A stretch of 64,000 bases of DNA from an uncultured Verrucomicrobiota bacterium. GTDB lineage: Bacteria; Verrucomicrobiota; Verrucomicrobiia; Palsa-1439. The DNA lies in assembly GCA_903825435.1 (NCBI GenBank), contig CAIKAP010000043.1, positions 282 to 64,281 on the forward strand, given 5' to 3'. Position 1 is the first letter of the stretch; each line of letters starts with the position of its first letter. The notes under the pieces were generated by a model, which made no database searches, was not told the origin of the DNA, and was given only the letters and a program-made list of their open reading frames with translations. Shown in pieces: positions 9,366-20,475 of this stretch. The translations under genes were made by a program, and so were the position numbers.

Positions 9366-10403
9366 TTACAATATCACCAAGTCATCGCGGTGGACAATTA
9401 CGTCGCCATCGCGGGTAAGACCACGGGCAAATTCGACGCCGTCCGGGCCGCAGATGCTGACCACGTCACCCGGCACCACGTTTCCTTCGATACGAACGAC
9501 TCCTTTCGCGAGCAGGCTCTTGCTGCCGTCGCAAAGCGCGTGTTTTGCACCGTCGTCAACGGTAATGGTGCCGGAGGCTTTCTGGAAAAACGCAATCCAA
9601 CGTTTGCGGCTTTCGAGCCGCGTTGATTTCGGCAAGAACAGCGTACCGACATCTTCGGCGGCGAAAATCGCCGCGAGCACGTCAGCGCGTTCGCCATCGG
9701 CGATGACGAGAGGAATACCGGCACGAGTGACGATTTTGGCGGCTTCGATTTTCGATTTCATTCCACCGACGCTGGTGGCGCGGTCGGTACCACCGGCAAG
9801 GGATTCAATTTCGCGGGTGATGTTGGGAACAATCGGAATTCGTTTTTTCTCCCCGTCCCAAAGCCCTTCGACGTGCGACAGGATCACGAGCAGGTCGGCG
9901 TCAACGAGCGTGGCGACGAGCGCGCTGAGCCGGTCGTTGTCGCCGAATTTGATTTCGTCCACGGCGACCGTGTCGTTCTCGTTGATGATGGGAATGACGC
10001 CATCGTCGAGGAGTTGGAGCAATGTCTTGCGGGCATTGAGATGGCGCTGCCGGCTGCGGAGATCGTCGTGGGTCAAGAGGACTTGGGCGACATTGAGGCC
10101 GTGTTTTTCGAAGAGCGCGTCGTAGGCGGCCATGAGTTTGCCTTGGCCGATGGCGGCGCAGGCCTGGAGTTGTTCGAGCTTCTTGGGGCGTTGTTTCAAG
10201 CCGAGGACAGCCATACCGGCAGCGATGGCACCGGAGGAGACGAGGATGACCTGTTTTTTCTGGGCGCGGAGCGTGGCGAGTTGTTGAACAAGTGGTTCAA
10301 TCTTCGCTGTGGAAAGACGGCTGCCGTCGCTCGTCAGGATGCCGGTGCCGACTTTGACGACGAGGCGGTGGACGGCACAGAGGGTTTGTTGTCGCAACTT
10401 CAT
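9366..10403 (-). CDS. proB: Glutamate 5-kinase with C-terminal PUA domain
   Basis: Amino-acid kinase fold (VVKVGTG…, SGAIAAG), PUA-like C-terminus; 345 aa. Confidence 0.9.
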   Translation of the reverse strand: MKLRQQTLCAVHRLVVKVGTGILTSDGSRLSTAKIEPLVQQLATLRAQKKQVILVSSGAIAAGMAVLGLKQRPKKLEQLQACAAIGQGKLMAAYDALFEKHGLNVAQVLLTHDDLRSRQRHLNARKTLLQLLDDGVIPIINENDTVAVDEIKFGDNDRLSALVATLVDADLLVILSHVEGLWDGEKKRIPIVPNITREIESLAGGTDRATSVGGMKSKIEAAKIVTRAGIPLVIADGERADVLAAIFAAEDVGTLFLPKSTRLESRKRWIAFFQKASGTITVDDGAKHALCDGSKSLLAKGVVRIEGNVVPGDVVSICGPDGVEFARGLTRDGDVIVHRDDLVIL

Positions 10404-10445
10404 CGTGGGCTATTTACCAGAAGAGGCGACGGCTGTCGAGTTGGA

Positions 10446-11696
10446 CTACTCAAAACGCAAGGCTTCAATCGGATCAAGCCGGGCAGCTTTGCGCGCCGGG
10501 TAGAACCCGAAGAAGATGCCGATGGCGGCGCTGAAGACGAAGGAAACGACGACAGCGGTCATGGGAACAAGCGTAGGCCAACCGGCAACCTTGGAGAGAA
10601 GCTCGGCGGTACCAAGGCCAAGGCCGATGCCGATAAGCCCACCGAGAGAACTAAGGGTGACAGCCTCAACGAGAAATTGGAGAAGGATGTCGCGGGACCG
10701 GGCGCCGACAGCCATGCGAATACCGATTTCACGAGTGCGTTCAGTGACGCTGACAAGCATGATGTTCATAATACCGATGCCACCTACGATCAACGAGACA
10801 GCAGCGATGGCAGCAAGCAAGAGGCTCATGATTCGCGAAGTGGCAGTCGCCATTTGGGCGATTTCTTCTTGAGTACGAACAGTAAAATCGTCGTCCTTCC
10901 CTTCGGCGATACGGTGGCGCTGGCGTAGAAGATCATTAATCTGTTCGCGGACGGTGTTCAAGTCTTCAAAGGAATCGGTTTGCACGAGCACGGTACGAAG
11001 CATAGTGCCGCCCATAAGGCGTTTCATGGCGCTGGTGTAGGGCATGATGATAACATCGTCCTGGTCGGTCCCCATGATGGAAAGGCCTTTCGGAGCCAGA
11101 ACGCCGAGGATGATGAACGGCACGTTGCTGATGCGAACGATATGACCGACGGGATCTTCCTCGCCAAACAACTGCTCAGCCACAGTTTTGCCGATGACAC
11201 AAACTTTGGTAGCGCCTCGCACGTCTTGATCGGTGAACCCAGCCCCGTTGATAAGTTCCCACTGACGAATTTCGAAGTAAGAGGCGCTGCTGCCAACAAT
11301 ACTGGTAAACCAATTTTGGTTACCGGCGGCTACTTGAAAACTGCGGCGGACTTCAGGGCTGACACCGACGACATCCGAAATTTCAAGACGGATGGCTTCG
11401 ACATCGGGCACACTGAGTGTACCAGCGCTTAACCAACCGGAATTTACGCCGCGGCTGCTGAAATTACCTGAGAAGACAAGGACAACGTTGCGACCTAGGC
11501 TGGCAATCTGAGCTTCGACTTGATTCTTGGCACCTTGGCCAACGCCGACCATGGTGATGACAGCGCCGACGCCGATGATGATACCAAGCGCAGTGAGGAC
11601 AGAACGAAGTTTGTTCCGGCGTAAGGCGCGGAGGGCGACACGGATGATGGAAAGGATGCGCAGGAGCCAGTAGCTGGTTTCGACGAGGAAGTTCAT
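10446..11696 (-). CDS. ABC transporter permease, MacB/FtsX family
   Basis: N-terminal TM helix, large periplasmic domain, C-terminal FtsX-like 3-TM bundle; start set at MNFLVETSY… so that it abuts the ATPase stop. Confidence 0.8.
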   Translation of the reverse strand: MNFLVETSYWLLRILSIIRVALRALRRNKLRSVLTALGIIIGVGAVITMVGVGQGAKNQVEAQIASLGRNVVLVFSGNFSSRGVNSGWLSAGTLSVPDVEAIRLEISDVVGVSPEVRRSFQVAAGNQNWFTSIVGSSASYFEIRQWELINGAGFTDQDVRGATKVCVIGKTVAEQLFGEEDPVGHIVRISNVPFIILGVLAPKGLSIMGTDQDDVIIMPYTSAMKRLMGGTMLRTVLVQTDSFEDLNTVREQINDLLRQRHRIAEGKDDDFTVRTQEEIAQMATATSRIMSLLLAAIAAVSLIVGGIGIMNIMLVSVTERTREIGIRMAVGARSRDILLQFLVEAVTLSSLGGLIGIGLGLGTAELLSKVAGWPTLVPMTAVVVSFVFSAAIGIFFGFYPARKAARLDPIEALRFE

Positions 11697-12454
11697 GGCG
11701 CTAGTTTGACGGTCTGATCGGCCTGTTTTCGGCGGCGCAGTTCGGTCTCGGCGTTGAGGCAATTGGCAACAGGGTCGTCGTGGACAATTTGACCGTCGCG
11801 CATGACGACATTGCGCTTGGTGTAGGCGGCGATGTCGAGTTCGTGGGTGACCATGACGATTGTGATGCCTTGCTCGTTGAGGCGCTGGAGTAGCCCCATG
11901 ACTTCGACGCTGGTGCGGCTGTCGAGATTACCGGTCGGTTCGTCGGCGAGAAGGAGTGAAGGCTTATTAACGAGGGCGCGTGCAATAGCAACGCGTTGTT
12001 GCTGGCCACCGGAGAGTTGGCTGGGGTGATGGCCAGCACGATCGGCAAGTCCGACGGTGTCCAGCGCCTGCAACGCCCGCTCGCGAATCTGCTCCGATGG
12101 AACACGGCGGTGCGTGTAAAGCATTGGCAATTCGACGTTCTCTAACGCGTTAGTGCGGGAGAGGAGGTTGAAGCTTTGAAAGACAAATCCGATCTTCTCA
12201 TTGCGGATGTCAGCAAGTTGGTTCCGGTCAAGCATGGAGACATCAGCGCCATCGAAGAGGTAACGCCCGCCGGTGGCGCGGTCGAGACAGGCAATGATGT
12301 TCATGAGCGTGGACTTACCGGAGCCGCTAGCGCCCATGATGGCAACAAATTCACCCCGCTCAATGTTGAGGCTGACGCCGCAAACTGCGTGCACTTCTAC
12401 TTCGCCGGTATGATAGGTCTTGTGGACGGCGTCTAAATGGATGACCGCACTCAT
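11693..12454 (-). CDS. ABC transporter ATP-binding protein (MacB/LolD-like)
   Basis: Walker A GASGSGKST, signature LSGGQQQRVAIARAL, Walker B LLLADEPT. Confidence 0.9.
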   Translation of the reverse strand: MSAVIHLDAVHKTYHTGEVEVHAVCGVSLNIERGEFVAIMGASGSGKSTLMNIIACLDRATGGRYLFDGADVSMLDRNQLADIRNEKIGFVFQSFNLLSRTNALENVELPMLYTHRRVPSEQIRERALQALDTVGLADRAGHHPSQLSGGQQQRVAIARALVNKPSLLLADEPTGNLDSRTSVEVMGLLQRLNEQGITIVMVTHELDIAAYTKRNVVMRDGQIVHDDPVANCLNAETELRRRKQADQTVKLAP

Positions 12455-12455
12455 G

Positions 12456-13700
12456 CTACCGGAAGCGCATGCCGCCGCTAAGCGGGCTGCTGGTCGGTGA
12501 GGCAGCTTTGTCGGAGGGCTTGATGAAGGTGATGACTTCGTCGCCTTCCTTGAGGCCTTCGATCAGTTGAGTGAAGGCACCGTCGCTGATACCGGTCTTG
12601 ACCTTGACGGGTTTGGGCGTCTGGTCGAGCGTGCCATCGGCTCGGCGGGAGAGAATGTAGATCGTGCGACTGACGGGCTGGTCTTGGCGTTGTGGGCTGC
12701 GGCCGTGTTTTCGGACAGGCTCGCGTGTGTCGGCCTCGACAGTCGTATCCTTCTTGACGTCCTTAGGGAGTTTGACGCGGAAGGCGGCGTTGGCGATGCG
12801 GAGGACGTCCTTGCGTTCGGCGATGATGATGGAGGTGTTGGCGGTCATCCCGGGTTTGAGTTTGAGTTCGTCGTTGTTGACTTTGACGATGGTGTCGTAG
12901 GTGACGACGTTCTGGACGGTGATGGGCGCGTTGCGGACTTGGACGACTTCGCCCCGGAACGTCTGGTACGGGTAGGCGTCCACTGTGAAGCTGACAGGCA
13001 AGCCAACGGCGGCTAGGCCGATGTCGGCCTCGGCGACGTTGGCGTCAATCTGCATGTTTCGTAGGTCGTTGGCGATGACGTATAGCGTTGGTGCACTGAG
13101 GCTTGCGGCGACGGTCTGGCCAACGTCCACCTTGCGATCAATAACGATGCCGTCGATCGGTGAGTAGATAGTGCAACGGTCGAGGTCGGTCTGTGAGCGT
13201 TGAAGGGAGGCGTTCTTGATAGCAACTTGGGCCTCGGCTTGGTGCAACGCAGCGACGACCTGATCGTAGTCGGACTGTGGGATGAGACGACTGTCGAGGA
13301 GTTCTCTGGACCGCCGGGCGTTCACGGTCGCCAGTTCGAGCTGTGCCTTGGCGTTGGCGAGGTCGGCCATACCCTGTTCGACGTTGGCGTGGTAGGTCGC
13401 CGGGTCGATCTGCGCGATGATCTGGCCATTGGTCACAGTGGAATTGAAGTCCACAAACAACTTCTGAATGATGCCTGAAATCTGGCTACCGACTTGAACG
13501 TTGAGCACGGGATTGATCTGGCCCGTGGCGGTGACAACCTGCGTGAGGTCGCCGCGTGTGATGGCAGCGGTCTGGTAGGGTGAGCCGTTTTCCGCGGCGC
13601 GCCGCTGCTGGTACCAATAGTATCCGCCACCAACGACGCCCCCAATCAGGAGGAGCGTCACCAGCCATTTCAACCAACGGAATCGTTTACCGTTTGCCAT
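12456..13700 (-). CDS. Efflux transporter periplasmic adaptor subunit (HlyD/MacA family)
   Basis: Signal-anchor region followed by coiled-coil and beta-barrel regions; first gene of the macAB-like operon. Confidence 0.8.
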   Translation of the reverse strand: MANGKRFRWLKWLVTLLLIGGVVGGGYYWYQQRRAAENGSPYQTAAITRGDLTQVVTATGQINPVLNVQVGSQISGIIQKLFVDFNSTVTNGQIIAQIDPATYHANVEQGMADLANAKAQLELATVNARRSRELLDSRLIPQSDYDQVVAALHQAEAQVAIKNASLQRSQTDLDRCTIYSPIDGIVIDRKVDVGQTVAASLSAPTLYVIANDLRNMQIDANVAEADIGLAAVGLPVSFTVDAYPYQTFRGEVVQVRNAPITVQNVVTYDTIVKVNNDELKLKPGMTANTSIIIAERKDVLRIANAAFRVKLPKDVKKDTTVEADTREPVRKHGRSPQRQDQPVSRTIYILSRRADGTLDQTPKPVKVKTGISDGAFTQLIEGLKEGDEVITFIKPSDKAASPTSSPLSGGMRFR

Positions 13701-13719
13701 TGTCTATTGCCTATCAGAA

Positions 13720-14385
13720 CTATGTTACACCGTCAAACCACCTCGCAAGTTCCTCCACACTCAATTCGTCCAGCCGCCGTACGATGCGGTCGGCTGCGAC
13801 CAGCGTTTCGGACGAATGTGTCGTCGCCACACCGACGACTTTCATACCGGCACGGCGCGCAGCCTCAATGCCCACATGCGCATCTTCAAACACGACGCAG
13901 CGAGATGGCATCGTATTCATTTTTTTTGCAGCGAGCAGGAAAACGTCCGGGGCCGGCTTGCCGTGGATGACGTCTTCACTGGAAACGATGGCAGCAAAAC
14001 ATTTCTCGAAACCGATGAAGCCGAGGGTGCAGGTGATGTTTTCGCGGTGGGTCGATGAGGCGATGACGCACGGTACCGACGCCGCGCGCAACGCTTCCAG
14101 CCACACGCCGATACCGGGGAGCGGGGCGATGCCCTGCTCGCGGATGATCTCGCGGTAAAGCGCCTCTTTGCGCAGTGACATGTTTCGGATTTGTTCCGGA
14201 TTCTCAGTCCAGCCAAACAGGTCGGGAATGATCTGTTCATTCTTCATGCCGAAGCTGCGCTTAAAATGACCCGCCGGCAGCGACCGACGCTCCTCGGCGG
14301 CGAGCCGTTCCCAGCTCGCCTCATGTTGGCGCGAGGAGTCAATGATCACGCCGTCCCAATCGAATATGGCAGCCCACGTTGTCAC
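13720..14385 (-). CDS. HAD-superfamily hydrolase (beta-phosphoglucomutase-like)
   Basis: HAD motif I (IFDWDGVIIDS) and motifs II/III present; probable GTG start with AGGAA RBS; the upstream extension in the ORF table overlaps the divergent gene. Confidence 0.65.
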   Translation of the reverse strand: MTTWAAIFDWDGVIIDSSRQHEASWERLAAEERRSLPAGHFKRSFGMKNEQIIPDLFGWTENPEQIRNMSLRKEALYREIIREQGIAPLPGIGVWLEALRAASVPCVIASSTHRENITCTLGFIGFEKCFAAIVSSEDVIHGKPAPDVFLLAAKKMNTMPSRCVVFEDAHVGIEAARRAGMKVVGVATTHSSETLVAADRIVRRLDELSVEELARWFDGVT

Positions 14386-14473
14386 GGGCGGTATTCCTAC
14401 AACGGTTTGCGCGGCGGCGCAAGTGAATCGGAACTTGGCAGCTTCCGTACTTGGCGCTAGAAAGTTGTGGTTA

Positions 14474-16342
14474 ATGAAGAATTTCTGGAACAGAACGCTG
14501 GTGGCGCTCTGGGCGCTGTGCATCCTAGGCGCGCTTGTGGCGCTCGGTGGTGTCGTGGCTGAGTATGCGTTACCGATGTACCTGTGCGGTGCGGCGTTGG
14601 CGCTGGCGTGGGCGATGAAGCTGCTCTGGACGCGGGAGGCGTCGTGGATATGGACGCCGTTGCACGTGCCGGTACTTGGCTTACTACTGTACACGGTAGC
14701 GCGTTACCTCACCGCACCGCTACGACACGAGGCTCACTGGGAACTGTTGCAGGTCGGGCTATACACGCTGGTGTATTTTGTGGCGGCGTTTACGTTCTAT
14801 CGTTCGCAATATCGGACAGTAATCCTAACCGTGTTGATCGTCGCGGCGGTGCTGGAATCGGTGTACGGCTACTGGCAATACGCGACGGGCACCGACACAG
14901 TGTTCTGGTTCATCCGCCCGGCGCAGTACCACGGACGCGCGAGCGGCAGCTACATCTGTCCAAACCACCTCGCCGGCTGGCTGGAGGTGGTGGCACTGGT
15001 GTTACTCGCACAGGTTGTCCTCAATCTGCGCCCGGTGAAATCATTTGAAGGAAGTTTCATCATCAAGCTGCTGGAGTTCACAGCGCTCGGCGCTGTGGCG
15101 GCGGGCCTGGTGGCGAGCGGTTCACGCGGCGGATGGTTCGCGCTGGCGGTCGGCGCGGTGGCGTTCTGGCTCTGGATGTGGCGAACAGGGCTGTTGCCTG
15201 GGCGTGCGGCTGATGCCGCGCTGGTGTTATTGGTGCTGGCCGGTGTGGCGGCGCTGGCGATCCCAAAGGTGCGTGAAGGTTGCAGCGCGTTGCTATCGGT
15301 CAACCTCGATTATACCTTCGACTACGACGCACTCCGGTTCCGCGACACCAACCTCGAAGGTCGCTCGCAGATGAGCCGGGCCACGTGGCAGATGTTTCTC
15401 GATCATCCGTGGTTCGGCACCGGCCCCGGCTCGTGGCGCTGGTTTCATCCGCAATACCGAATCGAATCGCTGGCAACCGTCAGCCCGCACTACGCCCACA
15501 ACGACCTGTTCCAGTTCGCCGCCGAGTACGGCGCGGTCGGCGTTGCGTTGCTCGCCGCGTTGCTGGGCTGTTTCTTCCGTCAGGCGCTTATACTGACACG
15601 CCGCCAGCACGCCAACGACGAGCGTGCCATCGCACTCGGCAGCGCGCTCGCCGTCTGCGCCCTGCTCGCGCACTCGCTGGTGGACTTCAACATGCACATC
15701 CCCGCCAACGTCCTATTGATCGTCACCCTTGCCGGTTTGACCGCTAGTCTAAGCGACGACGAGGGTCGTTTCCGACGACGTCGCCTGCCGCCCGCCGGCA
15801 AGGCGGCGCTCGCTGTCGTCCTGCTGCTCGTGTCGGCCGCCATCGCGTGGAACGGATTCCACCTCTGCTCAGCCCAACGCCACGTCCTCGCCGGACGCGG
15901 TGCTCAGGCCGCCCGCGAATGGAATGAAGCCGTCCATTGTTATAGGAAAGCAATCGCGGACGCGCCACACTTTGCCGAGGCCTACGCCCGCATCGGCGAA
16001 ACCTATCTACTCCAACACGACCCATCCTCCGCCACCAACGCGCTCGCCGCCTACCGGCGCGCGTTGGAACTGAACCCGCGCGACGCCACCGTCGTGATGT
16101 GCATCGCGTTGACCTACGAAACACTCGGCGACACCAACCAAGCCTTCGCTGCTTTCCAACGCGTCTTCGCGCTCGACCCGTACAACGCCGACTGCTGGAT
16201 CGAGTTCGGGCGCTTCCAGGAACGCCTTGGCAACCTCACCGGAGCCATGATCACTTATGAGAAGGCCGCCCACGCCAATCACCCCGAAGCCAACCTCCTC
16301 CTCCAACAACTCCGCGAACGGATTCAGAATCAAAACCGTTGA
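14474..16342 (+). CDS. O-antigen ligase (Wzy_C) family membrane protein with C-terminal TPR repeats
   Basis: Multi-TM region with an SRGGW motif, then TPR-like repeats (AEAYARIGETYLL…ALELNP…); start chosen at MKNFWNRT…. Confidence 0.65.
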   Translation: MKNFWNRTLVALWALCILGALVALGGVVAEYALPMYLCGAALALAWAMKLLWTREASWIWTPLHVPVLGLLLYTVARYLTAPLRHEAHWELLQVGLYTLVYFVAAFTFYRSQYRTVILTVLIVAAVLESVYGYWQYATGTDTVFWFIRPAQYHGRASGSYICPNHLAGWLEVVALVLLAQVVLNLRPVKSFEGSFIIKLLEFTALGAVAAGLVASGSRGGWFALAVGAVAFWLWMWRTGLLPGRAADAALVLLVLAGVAALAIPKVREGCSALLSVNLDYTFDYDALRFRDTNLEGRSQMSRATWQMFLDHPWFGTGPGSWRWFHPQYRIESLATVSPHYAHNDLFQFAAEYGAVGVALLAALLGCFFRQALILTRRQHANDERAIALGSALAVCALLAHSLVDFNMHIPANVLLIVTLAGLTASLSDDEGRFRRRRLPPAGKAALAVVLLLVSAAIAWNGFHLCSAQRHVLAGRGAQAAREWNEAVHCYRKAIADAPHFAEAYARIGETYLLQHDPSSATNALAAYRRALELNPRDATVVMCIALTYETLGDTNQAFAAFQRVFALDPYNADCWIEFGRFQERLGNLTGAMITYEKAAHANHPEANLLLQQLRERIQNQNR

Positions 16343-16376
16343 CCCCGCACGCCGCCCTGCGGCACTATGAGCGAGT

Positions 16377-17537
16377 ATGTGGCAGTGGACAGAAAACGTT
16401 GAACAGTACGTGCTCGATGTCATCTTCGAGCGGCGCCGCGACCTCGGCGCGCGCCTGACCAGCGCCGCGCTCTCCGGCCTTTCCCGCCTCTACCGCCTCG
16501 GCATCCAAATCCGCCTGTTCCTCTGGAATTACCGTATCTTCCGCGACCACACACTCGGCTGCCGCGTCGTCAGCATCGGCAACCTCACCGTCGGCGGCAC
16601 CGGAAAAACTCCCGTCGTCGAAGTTTTCGCCCGCGCCCTCGCTGCCCGAGGCCGCCACGTTGCTATCCTTTCCCGCGGCTACAAAAGCATCCCGCGCCCC
16701 CTCTGGCAGCGCCTCTACGAAAGATTCTCATTTCAGGAAGACCTCTTCCCGCCAAAGATCGTTTCCGACGGACAATCCCTTCTCCTCGACAGCGACCAAG
16801 CCGGCGATGAACCCTACATGCTCGCCTCCAACCTCAAAAACGTCGTCGTCCTCGTCGACAAAGACCGCGTCAAATCCGGCCGCTACGCCATCCGCCGGTT
16901 CGGCTGCGACACCTTGCTCCTCGATGACGGCTTCCAGTACCTCGCCCTCAAGAACCGCATCGACGTCTGCCTCGTCGACCGCAACAACCCCTTCGGCAAC
17001 CACCACCTCCTCCCCCGCGGCACACTCCGCGAACCCATCACCAACATCGCCCGCGCCCACTACATCTTCATCACTAAATCCACGCCCCACGGCTCCAAAG
17101 TGCTCCGCGCCGCCCTCCATAAATTCAATCCCGACGCCGAAATCATCGAGTGCGCCCACCAGCCACTCTACCTCCAGGACGTTTTCACCGGCGAACAACG
17201 CGACCTCAGCATCCTCAAAGACCTCAACGTCGCCGCCATCTCCGGCATCGCCGTTCCCGAAAGTTTCGAGAACGGCCTCCGCGACCTCGGCGCCAACGTC
17301 ATCTACGCCAAACGCTACGCCGATCACCACCGCTACAACCAACAAGAAATCCTCAACATGATCAACCGCAGCGTTCGCCGCGGTGCCCAGGCTATCCTCA
17401 CCACCGAAAAAGACGCAGTCCGCTTCCCAAAAATAGACCGACGCGATCTCCCCATGTATTTTCTCCGCGTCGAAATCAAAATCATCGAAGGCGCCAAGGA
17501 CTTCCACGATGCCGTCGCCCGCATCTGCCACGAATAA
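16377..17537 (+). CDS. lpxK: Tetraacyldisaccharide 4'-kinase
   Basis: P-loop [12 protein letters not shown] and LpxK-wide homology. Confidence 0.85.
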   Translation: MWQWTENVEQYVLDVIFERRRDLGARLTSAALSGLSRLYRLGIQIRLFLWNYRIFRDHTLGCRVVSIGNLTVGGTGKTPVVEVFARALAARGRHVAILSRGYKSIPRPLWQRLYERFSFQEDLFPPKIVSDGQSLLLDSDQAGDEPYMLASNLKNVVVLVDKDRVKSGRYAIRRFGCDTLLLDDGFQYLALKNRIDVCLVDRNNPFGNHHLLPRGTLREPITNIARAHYIFITKSTPHGSKVLRAALHKFNPDAEIIECAHQPLYLQDVFTGEQRDLSILKDLNVAAISGIAVPESFENGLRDLGANVIYAKRYADHHRYNQQEILNMINRSVRRGAQAILTTEKDAVRFPKIDRRDLPMYFLRVEIKIIEGAKDFHDAVARICHE

Positions 17538-18525
17538 CCGCATCCTCATCCGCGCCACCAACTGGATCGGCGACACCGTCATGATGATGCCCGCCGTCGC
17601 GCGGCTCCGCAAAGCTCATCCCGACGCCCACATCGCCCTCCTCTGCCCCGCCAAACTCCGCGACCTCTGGCTCCACAACCCGCACATTAACGAAATCCTC
17701 ACCGAAATCACCGGCCGCTTCGACACCGCCTACATCTTTCCGAATTCATTCCGCTCCGCCTACGAAGCGTGGCGCGCTCGCATCCCCCGCCGCATCGGAT
17801 ACCGCGGCCACTGGCGCAGCCTCCTGCTCACCGACATCATTCCCGACTACCCCGGCGAGACTTCACACTACGAAACCATCACCGTCGCCGGAAAATACTT
17901 TCGCCGGAAAGTTTTCACCGCCACCCGACACCAAGTCCACCGCCACCTCGCCCTCACCGGAACAAAACCGGAACATATTCCCCCGCGCATCTGGCTCGGC
18001 CCCGAACAAGGCATCTTGACCCGGAAACTCCTCGGCGACGACCGCCGCCCCATCCTCGCCCTCAACCCCGGCGCCGAGTTCGGCTCCGCCAAACGCTGGC
18101 CCGCCGACCGCTTCGCCGAAGTCGCCAAGCAAGTCCACGCCGCCACCGGCTGCCGCGTCGTCTTGCTCGGCGGCCCGCGCGACGCCGCGATTCCGTTGCC
18201 CGACGGCTCGCTCAATCTCATCGGCAAGACGACGCTCCTCGAACTCTGCGTCGTCTTGAAAGCCAGCCGCGTCTTCCTCACCAACGACACCGGTCCCATG
18301 CACCTCGCCGCCGCACTCGACGTTCCCCAAGTCGCCATCTTCGGCTCCACATCCCCTGAACTGACCGGCCCGCTCAGCGACAAGGCCGTCGTCCTCCGCG
18401 AGCCGGTCGAATGCAGCCCTTGCTTCCTCCGCGAATGCCCGATTGATTTCCGCTGCATGACTTCACTCAGCATCGAGAGCGTCACCGACGCCATCTTGAA
18501 ATTACTTTCGCCAGACCACAAGTAG
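17509..18525 (+). CDS. ADP-heptose:LPS heptosyltransferase (glycosyltransferase family 9)
   Basis: GT9 motifs (RILIRATNWIGD, GSA…W, TNDTGPMHLAAAL); 29-nt overlap with lpxK. Confidence 0.8.
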   Translation: MPSPASATNNRILIRATNWIGDTVMMMPAVARLRKAHPDAHIALLCPAKLRDLWLHNPHINEILTEITGRFDTAYIFPNSFRSAYEAWRARIPRRIGYRGHWRSLLLTDIIPDYPGETSHYETITVAGKYFRRKVFTATRHQVHRHLALTGTKPEHIPPRIWLGPEQGILTRKLLGDDRRPILALNPGAEFGSAKRWPADRFAEVAKQVHAATGCRVVLLGGPRDAAIPLPDGSLNLIGKTTLLELCVVLKASRVFLTNDTGPMHLAAALDVPQVAIFGSTSPELTGPLSDKAVVLREPVECSPCFLRECPIDFRCMTSLSIESVTDAILKLLSPDHK

Positions 18526-18552
18526 TGTACCTTTTCACAAAAGGAGCCGCCC

Positions 18553-19575
18553 ATGCCCGACGACAATAAACCAATCCTGCCGCGCGATGAAGACGTGGCG
18601 GCAATCGACAAACTCCGCGACACCTACGCGGGACTTCGTACCGAACTCGGCAAAGTCATCATCGGACAAGACCAAGTCATCGAGGAACTCGTTATCGCCA
18701 TTCTCGGACGCGGTCACGCGCTGTTGATGGGCGTACCGGGACTGGCCAAGACGCTGCTCGTGCGTTCCGTAGCCGAGACGCTGGCGCTGACCTTTAGCCG
18801 CATTCAGTTCACCCCCGACCTGATGCCCGGCGACATCACCGGTACCGAGATCATTCAAGAATCCGCCACACCGGGACGACGGCAGTTCGAGTTTGTGAAG
18901 GGACCGATCTTCGCGAACATCGTGCTCTCCGACGAAATCAACCGCGCCCCGCCCAAGACGCAGGCCGCGCTTCTCGAGGCGATGCAAGAGCATCGCGTCA
19001 CCGCCGCAGGACACACGTATCAGCTCGCGCCGCCATTCTTCGTGCTGGCGACGCAGAATCCGATCGAGCAGGAAGGCACCTATCCGTTGCCCGAGGCACA
19101 ACTGGACCGGTTCATGTTCCTGATCCATGTCGATTATCCGAACACCGACGAAGAGAAACGTATCGCGCGCGAGACGACGGGCAGCGCCGTGGCGTCGTTG
19201 AAGAAACTCATCTCAGGTGACCAGGTGATCGCTATGCAGGAGTTGGTCCGGCGCGTTCCTGTGCCCGACCACGTTTATGATTACGCGGTCAACATCGTCC
19301 GCCGGTCGCGTCCGCCTTTACCGGAGTCGCCCGACTGGATCAAGAACTGGGTGAGCTGGGGTGCCGGACCGCGCGCGGTCCAGTACCTCGTCATCGGTGC
19401 GAAGGCCCGCGCCGCGCTCCTCGGCAGTTACATGGCGCGCCAGGAAGACGTCGAGGCCGTTGCCGCGCCCGTGCTCGGCCACCGCATCCTGACGAACTTC
19501 CACGCCGAGAGCGAAGGCGTCACCAGCCGCGACATCATCAAACGCCTCATGGAGGAAACCGCGCCCGCAGCGTAG
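18553..19575 (+). CDS. MoxR-family AAA+ ATPase
   Basis: Walker A LLMGVPGLAKT, sensor regions; AAGGAG RBS. Confidence 0.9.
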   Translation: MPDDNKPILPRDEDVAAIDKLRDTYAGLRTELGKVIIGQDQVIEELVIAILGRGHALLMGVPGLAKTLLVRSVAETLALTFSRIQFTPDLMPGDITGTEIIQESATPGRRQFEFVKGPIFANIVLSDEINRAPPKTQAALLEAMQEHRVTAAGHTYQLAPPFFVLATQNPIEQEGTYPLPEAQLDRFMFLIHVDYPNTDEEKRIARETTGSAVASLKKLISGDQVIAMQELVRRVPVPDHVYDYAVNIVRRSRPPLPESPDWIKNWVSWGAGPRAVQYLVIGAKARAALLGSYMARQEDVEAVAAPVLGHRILTNFHAESEGVTSRDIIKRLMEETAPAA

Positions 19576-19587
19576 GCCGAGTTTCCG

Positions 19588-20475
19588 ATGAGCCTGCACG
19601 GCACTCAACGCGAATTCCTCGATCCCGGCGTGCTGGCGCGATTGTCGCGCCTCGAACTCCAGTCGCGCTGGCCGATGGAAGGCAACATCGCGGGCCGGCA
19701 CAAAAGCCCGCACCGCGGCGCGTCCGTCGAGTTCTCCGAGTACCGCAAATACGTCCCCGGCGATGACCCGCGCTTTCTCGACTGGCGCGTGTACGCCCGT
19801 CGCGACCGGTTTTACCTCAAGGAATTCGAAGCCGACACCAACCTGCGCTGCTACCTCGTGCTCGACGCCAGCGGCTCGATGGCGTACGCGAACAAGTTCC
19901 TGCTCGCCCGTAAACTCGCTGCCACGCTCGGCTACCTCGCGATGCAACAAGGCGACGCCGTCGGCTTGATGTGTTGCGGTGCAAAACTGACGACTGACAT
20001 TGCCCCGCGTCGCAAACCAGCCCACCTCAAGAACATCTTCGACGCAATGGCCGCCGCGAAACCAGAAGGCGAGACCGGGTTGGTGACGGCGCTCCACACC
20101 GTCGCCGAGAAAATCCGGCGTCGTGCACTTGTCGCGGTGTTCTCCGATCTTTTCCACGATCCAGAAGAGTTACTCCACTGTTTCCGTCATCTCCGGTTTC
20201 GTAAACACGACCTCGCCGTGTTTCACCTGCTCGACAAGACCGAGGTGGACTTCAAGTTAGACCGGCCGATCCGGTTCGTTGACATGGAAGACCAATCCAC
20301 CATCGTGGCTGAGCCGGGCGTGATTTATCCGCGGTACCGCGAGGCGCTTGATGCGTACTTGGAGAAGCTACGGCGCGGTTGTAGCGAGTTCAAGGTGGAT
20401 TACCGGCTCGTGATGGCAAACGAGGATTACGAGAAGGTGCTCGCTGACTTTCTCCTTGCCCGGATGCGGACATGA
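19588..20475 (+). CDS. DUF58 domain protein (MoxR-associated)
   Basis: DUF58 core (…HRGASVEFSEYRKYVPGDDPRFLDWRVYAR…VLDASGSM…). Confidence 0.85.
   Translation: MSLHGTQREFLDPGVLARLSRLELQSRWPMEGNIAGRHKSPHRGASVEFSEYRKYVPGDDPRFLDWRVYARRDRFYLKEFEADTNLRCYLVLDASGSMAYANKFLLARKLAATLGYLAMQQGDAVGLMCCGAKLTTDIAPRRKPAHLKNIFDAMAAAKPEGETGLVTALHTVAEKIRRRALVAVFSDLFHDPEELLHCFRHLRFRKHDLAVFHLLDKTEVDFKLDRPIRFVDMEDQSTIVAEPGVIYPRYREALDAYLEKLRRGCSEFKVDYRLVMANEDYEKVLADFLLARMRT

Noticed and set aside
16660-17361. 233-aa Ser/Thr/Pro/Ala-rich ORF overlapping lpxK in another frame
   Set aside because: Low-complexity alternative-frame translation of the lpxK coding sequence; lpxK homology is unambiguous.
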